Positions 47,871-57,697 are shown, counted from the first letter of the stretch. The stretch: DNA of 64,000 bases from an uncultured bacterium (GCA_964591275.1 CAZQAE010000023.1:6333-70332), one strand, 5' to 3'. Translations and numbers: made by a program. Notes: generated by a model not told the origin, from the sequence alone.

Positions 47871-49049
47871 ATGAAGACTTGGAAAAACGCCTTTCTTATT
47901 GCTCTGATTTTGAGCTTGGTCTTGGCCGTAGCCTGCGGCGACGATGATGATGATGATGACAGAGGCGGCGATGCTTATGTGCCGTCGGACGATGATGACG
48001 GTGGAAATGACGATCTCAATGATAACCAGGATGATGATGCAGACGATGACACAGACGATGATGACGAGCCAACGTGGACTGATCCAGATACCGGCCTTAT
48101 GTGGCTAAATCCGGGCCTCGCAGGCGTAGGGAGACTTTGGAATCAAACTTGGGAAGGGGCAAAACAAGCTTGTAATAATCTTACTTATGCCGGTTACAAC
48201 GATTGGTGGTTACCAACAATATCTGAATTGAGAACACTGGTACGTGGATGCCCGGATACAGAGACGGGCGGCAACTGCGAAATCACCGATGAATGTGGAA
48301 ACGATTGTGGCTCCCTTTGGTGTCGTACTTGTGACGAAAGTGACGCTCCTTTTGTAGGTTGTTTTTGGCCACATGGAATTGCAAACCTTGATATTGAGTT
48401 GAGCCTCTCTACTTGCGATGCTCATTGGTCTTCTACGCCAGTGTATGGTGATTACAGTTTAGCATATTATCTAAATTTCAGAGATGCATCTGTGGATTAT
48501 ATTTCAAAAACAAGGGAATATGCCACTCGTTGCGTTCGTAATGCCGACTCGGATGACGATTTGGATGATGACTCGGATGATGACTCGGATGACGATGGCC
48601 CCTGGACGGACCCTTCTTCAGGCTTGACTTGGCAAAACCCACATGATGAGCTTCTGCTTCCTCAAAATGGAGCGCATGATTACTGTTGGAGCTTGAGTCT
48701 TTTAGGCCAGGACGACTGGCGTCTACCTACGATCAGCGAACTGCGGTCACTAATCCGCGGCTGCGACCAAACCGAACTGGACGGCTCCTGCGGTGTAACG
48801 GATGCATGCTTGAGTCTGAGTGATTGTTGGAGCTATTCGTGCGATGGCTGTTACTATCTGAGCGGTCCTGGATCAGGTGGAGCTTATTGGCCTGATAGCA
48901 TATCAGGTAATATCGATTGGCATTGGTCAATTTCGCCGAATCCAGATGGCATTTTTGTTGGCCTTGGTTGGATCATCAATTTCACTGACGGTTCCGTTCA
49001 CAGTAATCGTGACGACAACGGCAGCTATGTTCGCTGCGTCCGTCCTTAG
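47871..49049 (+). CDS. DUF1566 lipoprotein, paralogue 3, with two tandem DUF1566 domains (392 aa)
   Basis: It has the same signal and lipobox. Domain 1 is WWLPTISELRTLVRGCPD...RCVRN and domain 2 is DWRLPTISELRSLIRGCDQ...RCVRP. The track ORF (47625) is over-extended. Confidence 0.75.
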   Translation: MKTWKNAFLIALILSLVLAVACGDDDDDDDRGGDAYVPSDDDDGGNDDLNDNQDDDADDDTDDDDEPTWTDPDTGLMWLNPGLAGVGRLWNQTWEGAKQACNNLTYAGYNDWWLPTISELRTLVRGCPDTETGGNCEITDECGNDCGSLWCRTCDESDAPFVGCFWPHGIANLDIELSLSTCDAHWSSTPVYGDYSLAYYLNFRDASVDYISKTREYATRCVRNADSDDDLDDDSDDDSDDDGPWTDPSSGLTWQNPHDELLLPQNGAHDYCWSLSLLGQDDWRLPTISELRSLIRGCDQTELDGSCGVTDACLSLSDCWSYSCDGCYYLSGPGSGGAYWPDSISGNIDWHWSISPNPDGIFVGLGWIINFTDGSVHSNRDDNGSYVRCVRP

Positions 49050-49140
49050 ACCGTGATTTTTGGTGATTTGGTCCGGTGCGGTGATTTTCCTGACTGACAT
49101 TTTGACAGCAAATTTGACAGCAACCCAGGCGAACGTGCGT

Positions 49141-49603
49141 GAATGACAATTACTTTGCTTTAGTTTTTCCTCTTGCCCTTCATCTTCACAACCTCTCCGG
49201 TTGCCTCATGCTTTCCGAACATCCCGTGAAGATCGCTAAAGGCTTCCGGCGCAAGGTGCGCGTATCTTTGAGTCATCTTTTGATCGGCATGGCCCAGAAT
49301 TTTTTGCAGTTTGAAAAGATCGCCGTTGCAAAGAAAGCATGGACATCTTGACCCTTTCCCTGCGTGGCATTAAGTAAGCCTCTTATATCGGATTCTGAGC
49401 GCAAATAGGCATAGTCCTGGACGTGTAGGCGGGGCTTTTTGATTTTTGGCGAATGAAAGATAATATCCAATTCTTGCGCGTAATGCTAAAATCCCTGAAA
49501 GGCAAGCGAGAATGTTGCGAATTGTATTTACAGCAAAACCCTTTGCAAAAAGCTCAACCTTTAACTTCTCGATTTTTTCCGTCGAAATGTGATTTAACTG
49601 CAC
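49141..49603 (-). pseudogene. Degraded tyrosine integrase (three frames, about 150 codons in total) adjacent to tRNA-Lys
   Basis: The core-binding-like N-terminal piece is LNHISTEKIEKLKVELFAKGFAVNTIRNILACLSGIL. The C-terminal piece, which I translated by hand from the minus strand, is GDLFKLQKILGHADQKMTQRYAHLAPE and includes the catalytic Tyr box. Confidence 0.65.
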
Positions 49604-49814
49604 ATTTTCGAATGCGGGATAAAGATGATTTCTCCATATGGATTTGTTATCTTGCTAAGAGCGGAGTGGCGCGTTGATCTTTTTTGGCCGTTCTTTTTTC
49701 TTGCCATGATAACCCCCTTTTTTATGCGAAATCGGGCGCCAGTAGCCGAAAAAAGCCGAAATCCGTGGAGCACCTAAAATAAAAAAGCGCTCCAGGTCAT
49801 TGAAATCATTTAAA

Positions 49815-49887
<73 letters not shown>

Positions 49888-49998
49888 GCGCAGCGGATTG
49901 GATTCGTAACCGAGTTTCAGGTACCTTGTCAAGCTCTATGGTCTTCCCATGTCGTTTTGCGTAGTATGGGTCATAGTGGAAAATGGAGGGGGCAGGCT

Positions 49999-51894
49999 AT
50001 GCAACACATTGATCCAGACTGGAAAAGCAAGGCGATTTCGCCCGAAGAGGCGCTGTCGCGAATCGAGCCGGGCATGCGCGTGTTCATTGGTACGGGCCTG
50101 TCCGAGCCGCGCACGCTCGTGCATACGCTGATGAACTCGCAGCAGGTGAACCTGCAGGACCTGGAACTGATCCAACTCGTATCATTGGGCGACGCCATTT
50201 CGCTCAAGCAATTGCATTTTCAAAAATTCCGTCTAAGAACATTTTTCTCCGGCTGGATCGCCTCCGACGCCATCGCAGATGGGCGCGTCGATCTGACGCC
50301 ATGCCGATTTTCCCGTGTGCCTGCACTTTTCAAATCCGGCGCCGTGCCTCTCGACGCCGCCATTGTGCAAATCACGCCGCCCGACGAGGCGGGGTATTCG
50401 AGCCTCGGCGTTTCCCTGGACGTGGCGCAGCAGGCCATTGACCGGGCCACCCTGGTTATCGGCGAGGTCAATGAGGAAGTTCCCCGCACGCAGGGCGACA
50501 CCTTCGTCCACGTCTCAAAATTTGACTGCCTCGTTGAGGCAACCGAGAAGCCGATTTACTTCCAGCGGTGGAAATCCGACGATGCATTCGATCGCGTAGC
50601 CGCCAACGTAGCGTCGCTCATTGAAGATCGCAGCTGCCTAACCTATTCCCTCGGCCCGCTCTTCGAAGCCCTGACGCCGCACCTTTCACGCAAGCGCGGC
50701 TTGGGCATTCATTCACCCCTTTTCACCGATGCTCTAATGGATCTCGTGAAATCCGGTGCCGTAACAAACCGCCACAAAGACAGCTTCCTGGGCAAATGCG
50801 TGACCTGCTACGCCATGGGCACAAAAGATTTGATGAACTGGTTGCACCGCAATCCATTGATCGAGTTCCAGGCTCTTGACGTTGTGGCGAATCCACTGAA
50901 CGTTGCACGCAACGACCGTTTCATGGCCATCGTCCAAGTGCGCAAAGTGGACCTGTCGGGGGGCTTCGCTTTTCACTTCGGCAAAAGCAGTCTGCTGACG
51001 GGACTCGGCCTGGGCGAAACGCATGACATGTTCACTTCCGCCGCCCTGTCCAAAGGCGGTCGAACGATCCTGGCCCTGCCCAGCCGCAATCTGGAAGGCC
51101 AGCCGAATATTCTCCCTTCCGTGGAACATATGCCCAATCTTTTCCTCAACTCGGAAGTGGTGGATATGGTCGTCACCGAATACGGCGTCGCCTATCTTTC
51201 GGAGCGCACCTATCGGGAGCGTGCGCAGGCGCTCATCGACATTGCCCATCCGGATGATCGGAAGAACCTCGTCGAAAAAGCCAAAGAGATGAAGGTCCTG
51301 TACCCGGACCAAATATACCTGCAGAGCAGCGGCAAGACCTATCCTCACGATATAAACGTCCGCCGCACATTCAAAGGCGGGCTGGATGTACATTTCCGCC
51401 CCCTGAAGCCCAGCGACGAAGAGTCCATGCGGCGGTTGTTTTATCAATTCTCCGACCAGTCCGTGTATTACCGCTACTTCAGCCCGATCAAGACAATGCC
51501 GCACCGGAAGATGCAGGAGTACACGAACGTGGATTATACGAGCATCATGCCCATCGTCGGGCTTATCGGCGAACTGGGCAAGGAGAGAATCATCGCCGAA
51601 GGCCGCTACGCACGCAAAAAAGACGACCCCTTTGCGGCGGACATTGCTTTCATCGTGGATGAAGGACACCAGGGCCTTGGCATTGCGACCTTCCTTTTGA
51701 AAATGTTGACACGGCTGGCCAAGGAGCGCGGCGTGAAGATGATCACCGCCGATGTCCTGACCTCCAACAAGGCCATGATGAAGGTATTCGAGCGTAGCTG
51801 CGAGGATATGAAGCTAAAGGTCAGCAGCGGTGTTTATGAGTTATGCATACCCATCGTCAATACCGACAAAAAGGTTAAGTTTAAGGGATGCTGA
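49999..51894 (+). CDS. Acetyl-CoA hydrolase/transferase-family protein fused to a C-terminal GNAT acetyltransferase domain
   Basis: The N-terminal approximately 430 aa fit the AcetylCoA_hydro N and C domains. The C-terminal approximately 180 aa carry the GNAT motif A (VDEGHQGLGIATFLLKMLTRLAKERG). Confidence 0.65.
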   Translation: MQHIDPDWKSKAISPEEALSRIEPGMRVFIGTGLSEPRTLVHTLMNSQQVNLQDLELIQLVSLGDAISLKQLHFQKFRLRTFFSGWIASDAIADGRVDLTPCRFSRVPALFKSGAVPLDAAIVQITPPDEAGYSSLGVSLDVAQQAIDRATLVIGEVNEEVPRTQGDTFVHVSKFDCLVEATEKPIYFQRWKSDDAFDRVAANVASLIEDRSCLTYSLGPLFEALTPHLSRKRGLGIHSPLFTDALMDLVKSGAVTNRHKDSFLGKCVTCYAMGTKDLMNWLHRNPLIEFQALDVVANPLNVARNDRFMAIVQVRKVDLSGGFAFHFGKSSLLTGLGLGETHDMFTSAALSKGGRTILALPSRNLEGQPNILPSVEHMPNLFLNSEVVDMVVTEYGVAYLSERTYRERAQALIDIAHPDDRKNLVEKAKEMKVLYPDQIYLQSSGKTYPHDINVRRTFKGGLDVHFRPLKPSDEESMRRLFYQFSDQSVYYRYFSPIKTMPHRKMQEYTNVDYTSIMPIVGLIGELGKERIIAEGRYARKKDDPFAADIAFIVDEGHQGLGIATFLLKMLTRLAKERGVKMITADVLTSNKAMMKVFERSCEDMKLKVSSGVYELCIPIVNTDKKVKFKGC

Positions 51895-52012
51895 TTTTTT
51901 AAGGAAGTGGCGAAATCGATTTCTAAAAATTGACAAGCCGGTCGATTGTCGTGGAGGGATTGTCTATTTCGCCTTCGGCTTTATCGTTCTTACACTCGGC
52001 AAGGCTTTGCCC

Positions 52013-52777
52013 TCAGCCGGCGTCGGGAATTTCCACATCCATATTTTTTAAAACACGTTGAATGACGTATGAGGCGACCCGCTCCGCATAGGCGCCCGGT
52101 CCGAAACCGGCGTCAAATCCCAATTCCAGAGCCAGCATGTGGTCGATGCGCGGTCCGCCGCAGATGAAAAAAAAGCGCTCGCGCAGCCTGGAGGCCTCGG
52201 CCAGTTCAATCAATTTCGTCAGGTTCAGCCGATGGAGGTCATTACCCGTAACGATCTGGCTAGCCAAAACAGCGTCGGCATTATATTCCCGCGCTTTTTC
52301 GAGGAGCATTTCCGGCGGAGTTTGCGCTCCCAGATTATAGGCTTCCACCATCTGATAGCGCTCAAGGCCGTAGTGCCCGTTGAAGCCTTTCATGTTCATG
52401 ATGGCGTCTATGCCCACGGTGTGCGCGTCGGTTCCAATGCAGGCACCGACCATGACCAACTTCCGACCGATTTTCTCTTTGATGATCCGATCGCAAGTCT
52501 CCCGATCCCAGACATGGACATCAACGCGGGGAATATTCAGCGCGGCCACATCAACATAAGTTTCGCTTTTCCCATAAACAATGAAGAAGCTAAATCCTCC
52601 CAGGTCAGCCTGATGAACAACACTGACATCTTTTAGCCCAAGCTTCTTTGCCCAGGCTTTGGCGGCGTGCGAAGCCTTTTCATCGCACGGAATCGGCAGC
52701 GTGAATGATAGCTGCACCGCACCGTCATTGAGTTTATCCCCGTAGGGTCTTATTTTTTTCATATCGATTTCAGTCAT
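52013..52777 (-). CDS. B12-binding beta-subunit-like protein of the lysine 5,6-aminomutase (KamE) / D-ornithine aminomutase family
   Basis: The N-terminus is KIRPYGDKLNDGAVQLSFTLP. The cobalamin DxHxxG motif is GTDAHTVGIDAIMNMKG. Further motifs are FICGGPRI and GFDAGFGPG. No alpha subunit is adjacent. Confidence 0.6.
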   Translation of the reverse strand: MTEIDMKKIRPYGDKLNDGAVQLSFTLPIPCDEKASHAAKAWAKKLGLKDVSVVHQADLGGFSFFIVYGKSETYVDVAALNIPRVDVHVWDRETCDRIIKEKIGRKLVMVGACIGTDAHTVGIDAIMNMKGFNGHYGLERYQMVEAYNLGAQTPPEMLLEKAREYNADAVLASQIVTGNDLHRLNLTKLIELAEASRLRERFFFICGGPRIDHMLALELGFDAGFGPGAYAERVASYVIQRVLKNMDVEIPDAG

Positions 52778-53020
52778 TTTTTCACCACGCTTGTTCCACC
52801 GTAATCTTACCTGAAAAGCCCTTCGGCGTTCAAGTCCCGTGGCCGCGAAGGATAAAAATCAGTATTGAAATTACAAAAGAAATTTTACCCCCGTGGCAAA
52901 GATGAATTCAGGACCCCCATTTACCCATCATCCTTTTCTATTTTCAAGTCGCTTGAACTAAAGCTGTGCGACTGCTAATAAGCAGCTAATAATTTCGGCA
53001 TCAATCCGCAAGAGGACCTG

Positions 53021-54814
53021 ATGGAAGACAAAAATTTAGCCCATATGTTTTTGAATCGCAGTCGCTCTCATAAAAAGAACCCTTTTATTTTGAGCTATCG
53101 AAAAGATAACTGGAATGTCCTGTCCTGGCGCTATGCCAGGCGAACAGTTCGAAAACTCTGCCTTGGCTTCATTTCTCTGGGAGTTAAACCGGGCGATCGG
53201 GTAGCTTTGCTGTCGACAAACCGAGCCAAGTGGGTATTTTGCGATCTCGCAATTCTCTCTGCGGGCGGAGTTGTCGTCCCGATTCAACACAACAGCACCC
53301 CCGGCCAAATCCGCCACATTGTCCGGGATTCCAAGAGCCGATTTTTGATTATTGCGGATTATAAGCAGCTTCGAAAGTTCACCACCAACGGCGAAGAATA
53401 TCCCGATGTTGAGAAAATCATCGTCATGGAAATGGTGTCGGGGATAAAAGAGGGCGACAAACTCATTACCAGCTTTTCCGAAATCCAAATGCGGGGCAAG
53501 AGCCATCATCGATCCCATACTTTTGAGGAGCACATCGATCAAATTGACATGGATGATCCCGCCACAATCAACTACACGACGGATGTTGAAGGCGAGGTCA
53601 AAGGGATCATTCTAACCCATGGCAATATATACTCGAATTTGAAAGCGATAGGAGATATTCTCAGTGGGTCCGAGGAAGATATCACCTTGCATTCCCTACC
53701 CTTGACATATGGTCCCTGCCGTTTATTTGGATATTTTTCTCCCATATATTCCGGCGGCACCATGGTGATTGCCGACAAAGCCGACATGGAAGAAAAGCTT
53801 TTTCAGAGCACGAAACCGACTATCGCCCTGGTTGTGCCGCGAAACCTGGAAAGTATCCGTAGAAAAATCATCGTGAAGGTGGAAAGCGGCGGCGCGCTCA
53901 GAAGAAAATTGTATCCCTGGGCTTTGGAAGTTGGCAAACGGGTCCTGGAAAACAAGACTGCGGGGAAAGATCTTTCCTTTTCAGAATCGATAAGACATTT
54001 CATTGCGAACCTTTTTGTGTTTAAAAAAATCAGATCTGATTTCGGCGGTAGGATGAAATTCTGCATTTGTTCGGGCGCTCCGCTCGTGTACAAGCTGGCG
54101 GAGTTTTTCCATATCATTGGCATGCCCGTTTTCGACGCATACGGCATGACCGAATCAAGCTACCTGATTGCCATGAACCGTCCGGATGATTTCAAGTTGG
54201 GAACCGTGGGCAAGGCGATCCCAGGCGTTAAGATTCGTTTATCGAAAAATGGCGAAATTCAGTGCCATGGCGCAAACATCATGAAAGAATTTCTCGACGA
54301 TGAACAAAAGACGATTCAAGCAGTGCCGGGACACTGGCTCAGCAGCGGCGACCTGGGCGAGATCGACGAAGACGGTTTTTTAAAAATCACCGGGCGCGAA
54401 AAAGATGTCATCATCACCAGCGGAGGCGAAACCATCGCGCCCAAGGTTATTGAACACGCGCTGACAATCAACAGGCACATCAAACAAGTCAGCATTATAG
54501 GCAACGATAGAAAGTATATTACGGCGATTATCGTCCCCGATTTGGAGGAATTGCGCGCTTACGCAAAAGCCAATGGTTTTCATTTCACGGACATGACCGA
54601 CCTGTTGTATTCCGATGAAGTCAGAACGCTTCTTGAGCAGGCTGTCTCCGAAGTCAACAAGGACCTCATTAAACATGAAGCTCTAGTGGATTTCATTATT
54701 GCTGAAAGTGACTTTACAACGGCCAATAACATGTTGACGGCGGCGCAGCGAAACAATCGGAGCGTTATCGAAAAATATTACGCGACGCAGATCGAAAGAA
54801 TGTATGAATCTTAG
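53021..54814 (+). CDS. AMP-dependent acyl-CoA synthetase/ligase (long-chain fatty acid--CoA ligase-like)
   Basis: The AMP-binding box region is YTTDVEGEVKGIILTHGN. The adenylation core is YGMTES. The C-terminal lid region is TITGREKDVIITSGGETIAP. Confidence 0.75.
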   Translation: MEDKNLAHMFLNRSRSHKKNPFILSYRKDNWNVLSWRYARRTVRKLCLGFISLGVKPGDRVALLSTNRAKWVFCDLAILSAGGVVVPIQHNSTPGQIRHIVRDSKSRFLIIADYKQLRKFTTNGEEYPDVEKIIVMEMVSGIKEGDKLITSFSEIQMRGKSHHRSHTFEEHIDQIDMDDPATINYTTDVEGEVKGIILTHGNIYSNLKAIGDILSGSEEDITLHSLPLTYGPCRLFGYFSPIYSGGTMVIADKADMEEKLFQSTKPTIALVVPRNLESIRRKIIVKVESGGALRRKLYPWALEVGKRVLENKTAGKDLSFSESIRHFIANLFVFKKIRSDFGGRMKFCICSGAPLVYKLAEFFHIIGMPVFDAYGMTESSYLIAMNRPDDFKLGTVGKAIPGVKIRLSKNGEIQCHGANIMKEFLDDEQKTIQAVPGHWLSSGDLGEIDEDGFLKITGREKDVIITSGGETIAPKVIEHALTINRHIKQVSIIGNDRKYITAIIVPDLEELRAYAKANGFHFTDMTDLLYSDEVRTLLEQAVSEVNKDLIKHEALVDFIIAESDFTTANNMLTAAQRNNRSVIEKYYATQIERMYES

Positions 54815-54830
54815 CTTCACTTCGCCGTAG

Positions 54831-55964
54831 TTATTTTGAATCTTCAACAGCGACCAAAGCCGTTCGAAGCCGCAATATCACGCCGATAACATCTTCTTTG
54901 GATATTTCGGGATAGATGGGAAGAGATATCAATTCCCGAGCCGCTTTTTCCGTGACCGGCAGCGCGCTATGAACCGAGCCTAAGGCCAGGAAAGCTTCCT
55001 GGCGATGTACAGGAACAGGATAGTGGATTGAGGCGGCCACGCCCGACTCACGCAGTTTTTTCAAAACGACGTCTCTGTGCGCTATTCTGACGGCGTAAAT
55101 ATGATAAACAGGCGTGCAGCTTTCACCAATGGCGGTCAGTTTCAAACCCCGAATATCGCGCAATCCCTCTTCGTATATTGCGGCTTTGGCGCGCCGACCT
55201 TCGTTCCATGAATCCAGGTATGGCAGTTTAACGCGTAATACGGCGGCCTGGAGATCGTCAAAGCGACTGTTTTGCGATGCAAATTCGTGCTTGTGCTTTT
55301 GGCTTCTCCCGTGGTTTCGGGCTTTTTGGAGCCAGGAGGCCAGCTCCTTGTCATGGGTTGTAACAGCGCCGGCGTCGCCATAAGCGCCCAAGTTCTTGCT
55401 GGGATAAAAACTAAATGCTGCCGCGTCTGCGAAACTTCCGGCGCGGCGGCCTTTGTATTTCGCACCATGCGCCTGCGCGGCATCCTCTATCACACGCAAA
55501 CTGCGTCGCCCGGCGATCTCCATCAAAGGGTCCATATCCACCGTCTGGCCGTAAAGATGCACGGGAATGACGGCTTTTGTGCGCGGTGTAATTGCCGCTT
55601 CGACCTTTGAGACATCCATCAGGAGCGTGTCGTCGCGAACATCGACAAACACCGGCACAGCGCCGACAAGAAGTATTGCCTCCGCCGTGGCAATAAAAGT
55701 GTGCGCCACCGTAATGACTTCGTCGCCCGGACCGATACCGAAACCACGCAATGCCAGGGCGAGAGCATCCGTACCGTTCGCGCATGCCACGCAGTGCTCG
55801 ACGCCGCAATAACCAGCAAATTCCCGCTCGAAGGCCGATGTTTCGGGCCCAAGGATGAAAGCGCCGTTTTGAAGCACCCTTCGAATACCGTCATCGATCT
55901 CGTCTTTGATGGATTCGTATTGCGCCGCCAGGTCAACGAAAGGTATCGCCGAATTCTGCGTCAT
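54831..55964 (-). CDS. DegT/DnrJ/EryC1/StrS-family PLP sugar aminotransferase (WbpE-like)
   Basis: The N-terminus IPFVDLAAQY is typical of this family. It is clustered with a Gfo/Idh/MocA dehydrogenase and a hexapeptide acetyltransferase. Confidence 0.8.
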   Translation of the reverse strand: MTQNSAIPFVDLAAQYESIKDEIDDGIRRVLQNGAFILGPETSAFEREFAGYCGVEHCVACANGTDALALALRGFGIGPGDEVITVAHTFIATAEAILLVGAVPVFVDVRDDTLLMDVSKVEAAITPRTKAVIPVHLYGQTVDMDPLMEIAGRRSLRVIEDAAQAHGAKYKGRRAGSFADAAAFSFYPSKNLGAYGDAGAVTTHDKELASWLQKARNHGRSQKHKHEFASQNSRFDDLQAAVLRVKLPYLDSWNEGRRAKAAIYEEGLRDIRGLKLTAIGESCTPVYHIYAVRIAHRDVVLKKLRESGVAASIHYPVPVHRQEAFLALGSVHSALPVTEKAARELISLPIYPEISKEDVIGVILRLRTALVAVEDSK

Positions 55965-56611
55965 GGCCTGCGCTCCCCATAAATGAGGCGACCCGTTTTT
56001 GCATCACGCAGTTGCTGTGTTTCGCCGATCACGCGAGCCGGGTTTCCCGCAACAACGACACCGGGCTGGACATCCGATGTGACAACGGAACCTGCGCCGA
56101 CCAGAGCCCCTTCCCCAATGATAATGCCCGGCAGAATCACGGCGCCGGCGCCCACAATGGCGCCTTTTTTTACTCTAACACCCTTCAAGTTTCTTTTTAC
56201 ATCCGGCGAAGCCGGGTATTTGGCGTTGGTGAGCGCTACGCCGGGGCCTATCCAGCAGTTGTCTTCGAGATGGCAAAACTCCGGAACAAACACGTTTGAG
56301 TGCAGCCTGACATTGCAGCCGATTTCGACCAGAAATTCCACAACGGATCCGCTGCCGATGCTGCAATCGTCTCCGATTTTAGCGCCCTGTCTTATCAAGA
56401 CGTGATGACCGGTTTGGAATCCATGGCCGATATGCGCTCCGGCGTAAATAACCGTATGGGAACGGATGAGGACTTCGTTTCCCAAACTCGTGGTAAAATC
56501 ACTCGGCGAAATTCCTTCGGGCGGTCTGCCGAGAATGACGAAAGGATCAATCCGCGCTCCCGGTCCAATCGAAACATTCGGATAGATTATTATGTTGTCT
56601 TTGTCTGGCAT
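55961..56611 (-). CDS. Left-handed beta-helix (hexapeptide-repeat) sugar N-acetyltransferase (WbpD/PglD-like)
   Basis: Repeated [LIV]G hexapeptides are present (VEIGCNVRLHSNVFV...IGPGVAL...GAIVGAGAVILPGIIIGEGALVGAGSVV). The start at 56611 (MPDKDNIIIYP) is preferred, and the track ORF is over-extended to 57220. Confidence 0.75.
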   Translation of the reverse strand: MPDKDNIIIYPNVSIGPGARIDPFVILGRPPEGISPSDFTTSLGNEVLIRSHTVIYAGAHIGHGFQTGHHVLIRQGAKIGDDCSIGSGSVVEFLVEIGCNVRLHSNVFVPEFCHLEDNCWIGPGVALTNAKYPASPDVKRNLKGVRVKKGAIVGAGAVILPGIIIGEGALVGAGSVVTSDVQPGVVVAGNPARVIGETQQLRDAKTGRLIYGERRP

Positions 56612-56615
56612 AGAT

Positions 56616-57662
56616 TCAACCACGGTCGCGTCCGGGATAACCCAATCTGACCTCGGAATGCGTGGCGGCGGCTTGATATATGGCCTCCACGAGTTCCACG
56701 GATTTTCGCTCTTCCATGCCGTCAAGCATGTGCCGTCCTTTCGCCCTGATGCTTTTGACGACATCTTTATAAAATTCCTGGTGGCCATAGGCGCTGATGC
56801 CGAGAGGATTGCAAACGTCGTTCCCAACCTCGTCAATTCCTGAGGCCGAATCGACGAAACTCCAGGTTTTGAGTTTGTCCATACAAAAACCTTCGATGAC
56901 CACGGCTCCCTTTTCACCAAGGATGGTGATGCCGCCTTCCAAGTCGTCGGGCCTTGTGGCTGTTGTCGCCTCGATGACGCCCAGAGCGCCGGATGTGAAT
57001 CTGAGGATTGCCACGCCGACATCTTCGGTTTCGATGTCCACGAGCCGCCGGGCCGTATAAGCCTGCACGCTTTGAACCGGGCCCATAAGATGCTGCAGGA
57101 GATCGACGAAATGGTTGGCCTGGTTGGCAAAGAGTCCGCCGTCGTCCTTGACCGTCCCACGCCAGGGATCCGAATTATAATAGCCCTGCGTCCTTCGCCA
57201 ACGCAGGCGAACCGAGCCAAGCGTTAGTTTGCCCAAGCGACCGGACTGGGCGGCCTCCCGCAATTTGACCACGGGCCGGTTATAACGATTCTGTTTGACG
57301 ACAAAAATCGAAACCGCATTTTTCTCGCAGGTCTCCAACAGGTGGTCCGCCTCGTGCAGCGTTAGAGTCATGGGCTTTTCAATCACCAGATGACGGGTGT
57401 AAGGCGCCGCAGCGCACGCTACCGCGCAATGCGAACCGCTTTCGACCAAAACAACCGTGATGTCGGGTCTCAATTCGCTGAGCATGGCCGTTGCGTCGTC
57501 GAAGGCCCGAACGCCGTTTGGCTCGGCCCGCCTTTTTGCCTGCTCCATTTTTCGATCACATACGCCCACAAGATCAATATTTTCGATCCGCGCAATGACA
57601 TCGAGATGTTTTTTCGAAACCTTGCCGCAGCCTATCAGGGCAACGCTTAAGGAGCTGGTCAT
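56616..57662 (-). CDS. Gfo/Idh/MocA-family NAD-dependent sugar-nucleotide dehydrogenase (WbpB-like)
   Basis: The Rossmann N-terminus is VALIGCGKVSKKHLDV, and the family core is EKPMTLTLHEADHLLE. Confidence 0.75.
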   Translation of the reverse strand: MTSSLSVALIGCGKVSKKHLDVIARIENIDLVGVCDRKMEQAKRRAEPNGVRAFDDATAMLSELRPDITVVLVESGSHCAVACAAAPYTRHLVIEKPMTLTLHEADHLLETCEKNAVSIFVVKQNRYNRPVVKLREAAQSGRLGKLTLGSVRLRWRRTQGYYNSDPWRGTVKDDGGLFANQANHFVDLLQHLMGPVQSVQAYTARRLVDIETEDVGVAILRFTSGALGVIEATTATRPDDLEGGITILGEKGAVVIEGFCMDKLKTWSFVDSASGIDEVGNDVCNPLGISAYGHQEFYKDVVKSIRAKGRHMLDGMEERKSVELVEAIYQAAATHSEVRLGYPGRDRG

Positions 57663-57697
57663 TGAAACTCCACTTATCTTTTACGACGCCGCGTCCA

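Noticed and set aside
55961-57220. 419-aa minus-strand ORF spanning the acetyltransferase and most of the Gfo/Idh/MocA gene
   Set aside because: It is an over-extended ORF. Only the 3' 217 codons (from MPDKDNIIIYP at 56611) show hexapeptide-repeat acetyltransferase content. The 5' part is an out-of-frame read-through of the dehydrogenase gene.
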